DNA from: Acanthaster planci
Lineage: Eukaryota
Reading direction: 5' to 3'
Assembly (NCBI RefSeq): GCF_001949145.1
Contig: NW_019091360.1
Coordinates: 320,502 to 384,501, forward strand
Length of the DNA stretch: 64,000 bases
Under the pieces are notes generated by a model. It worked only from the letters and a program-made list of their open reading frames with translations, searched no databases and was not told where the DNA came from. Positions 62,025 to 64,000 of the stretch are shown here, one piece after another. Made by a program: the position numbers and the translations under genes. How positions within the stretch are numbered: position 1 is the first letter of the stretch; each line of letters starts with the position of its first letter.

Positions 62025-62160
62025 GGGGGGGGGGGCAGGAGGGTGCAGTTGGTTAGGGGAGGGGTGTAGTGGGTTGAAGGAAGGGGTGGAGTGGGTTAGG
62101 GGAGGGGTGGAGTGGGATTGGGGAGGGGTAGAGTGGGGAGGGGTTGGGAAGGAGAAGTTC
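62025..62160 (+). repeat. G-rich low-complexity tract
   Basis: Repeated GGGAGGGGT(G/A)GAGTGGG units. Confidence 0.7.
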
Positions 62161-64000
62161 AGTATGAGGGAGGGACCTATGGCGGAGCGGGCGGATGCAG
62201 GTCCAGGGGGTGTTGCCTCGGGACTGTGGGGGATGACTGTGACAGCACGCAGGTTCTGGTTGTGTTTCATGTATATGTATGAGCCCAGGAAAGGACAAGG
62301 AGTCAATTATCCTCTCTCTGGCTCTGGATATTTATTCGCTGTCTGGGCCCGGGGGCCACCTGTAAAGATATGGCAGGCACTGCCTTGCAGGGNNNNNNNN
62401 NNNNNNNNNNNNNNNNNNNNNNNNNNNNNNNNNNNNNNNNNNNNNNNNNNNNNNNNNNNNNNNNNNNNNNNNNNNNNNNNNNNNNNNNNNNNNNNNNNNN
62501 NNNNNNNNNNNNNNNNNNNNNNNNNNNNNNNNNNNNNNNNNNNNNNNNNNNNNNNNNNNNNNNNNNNNNNNNNNNNNNNNNNNNNNGGGGCCAAACAATC
62601 TCTTTTTTCAAAAGATACTGTGGGGGGCACTTTTAATGCTAATGAGCTGGTCAGAAATTCTCACTTGAATTAGTGGTCTGCACCCTTTATGCCTAGCAAC
62701 TGCATGGGCTGAGGGTTTTGAATGAGTAACATGTAGTTCGTGCAAATAGCAAATATTAACCAAATACAACCTGAGCGATACTATGACAATTACTTTATAA
62801 AGAAATATCCCTGATCACAATAAACATAATGGTTCATGAAAATTTAACTCTACTGTTCCCTTTTTTCTAACTGAGAAATTAACTTAGCTGCCTGTACAAA
62901 ACCAACAATACTTTTGTCGCCTTAATTAAAGTTAGTGTAGTCTTGTTCCAAGTCAAAGAGAGGAGAGTCTCCACTCAAGTCGCATTGACTAATTACGTAC
63001 AGTAGTGGGAAGAGTCAGAGAAAGGGATATGGAAGAAAACCACAACTAGTCATCCATTACAACTGTATGCACAGAAAAGACAACCCAAACTTACGACGGC
63101 CAGGATGAGCAAACAGCGAAAGACACAGTGACTCGAAAGCCTGCTCATCCAATCCAAAGCTAAATAAACAATAATCAATAATATACCTGAATACTACAAT
63201 GAGAAAATATACAAAATAAAAAAGCATAAGTGTAAAATGTACAACAAATTGTGAAAACAACAAAACAAAATTCATGTAGATAGTTTAATCTGCAAATAAA
63301 TCCATCTTAAGTGTAAGAAAATGGAAATATAAAATTAAATTTGTTCCGTCTTTGGGTCGGCTGTTTGTTTGTTCTTTGTTCTCACTTATTGAAGATCACC
63401 AAAGAGGCCTTGTTTTAATTATAACAAATAATTTTGCAAGTTACAAAATGGGCCGATCTATTATGGCGTAAAAACCATGCCCTCAGACACATGAGATCAT
63501 GGAGGTGGGGGAAAGATTAACCATGACATTTTGTCCAATGTAAAGGTTCATGCGGCAGAAATAAGGATTCAGTTATAAGTATTTATAGTTGCATTGGACA
63601 AAAGTAAGTGTTAAATTTAATAAAGACCTTGGAAAGGTGACTTCTTTGAATACTTATTTTCATTCCGCCCGCGCCAAGTTCCTCATCTAAAGAGGCTCTG
63701 AAGAGCCAAATCACTGAGCAAGAAAGCAAATCATAAACATGCCCCTTTACCAGCGCCCCTTTACCAGCTGGCCTTAAAATAATACAAGCTGCGGAGAACT
63801 GCCAAAGCCCCTTTAATGAGCCTGTTGTTTTTGAAACTGCAACCTTTAGACCAATGACGATGGAACGATTTTCAAAGTGAGGGGGGAGGCACATGAGACA
63901 ATCTGGCTTCAGCCGTTAATCATAGAGCAATCTATTAAGCCTACCCAATTGAAAGGCCTGCGAAAAGTGGGGGGGGGTCCCCCAGTTGAAACAGTGGGAC

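Noticed and set aside
62007..62306. Pro-rich / Gly-Trp-rich ORFs; telomere-like or functional G-quadruplex tract
   Set aside because: Low-complexity G-rich sequence with no regular telomeric unit and no evidence of function.

Overview
Eukaryotic (invertebrate-like animal) genomic DNA dense in mobile elements, with five N gaps. The main content is two related, co-oriented endogenous Polinton/Maverick (adintovirus-like) DNA virus copies. Copy A (~21927-38557) has lost its right end and is heavily decayed. Copy B (45000-61583) has both ~290-bp TIRs and an AGTTT target-site duplication, and is lightly decayed. Each carries a protein-primed PolB, a DDE integrase, major and minor capsid proteins, a packaging ATPase and several membrane proteins; no adenain-type protease gene is visible. 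Unexpected features: (i) a TIR cassette of NF-kB, forkhead and nuclear-receptor motifs conserved in both copies; (ii) GCGNAGC mini-hairpin arrays inserted in the coding strands of copy B only; (iii) a TFIIB-like gene in copy A, split by a hammerhead-bearing Penelope insertion; (iv) a single-gene inversion and an HNH-gene indel between the copies. Also present are an apparently intact two-exon hAT transposon, a DIRS RT/RNase H relic, nested MITEs, and a host CFAP65-like exon on the minus strand. All family assignments come from motif recognition by eye, not database searches.
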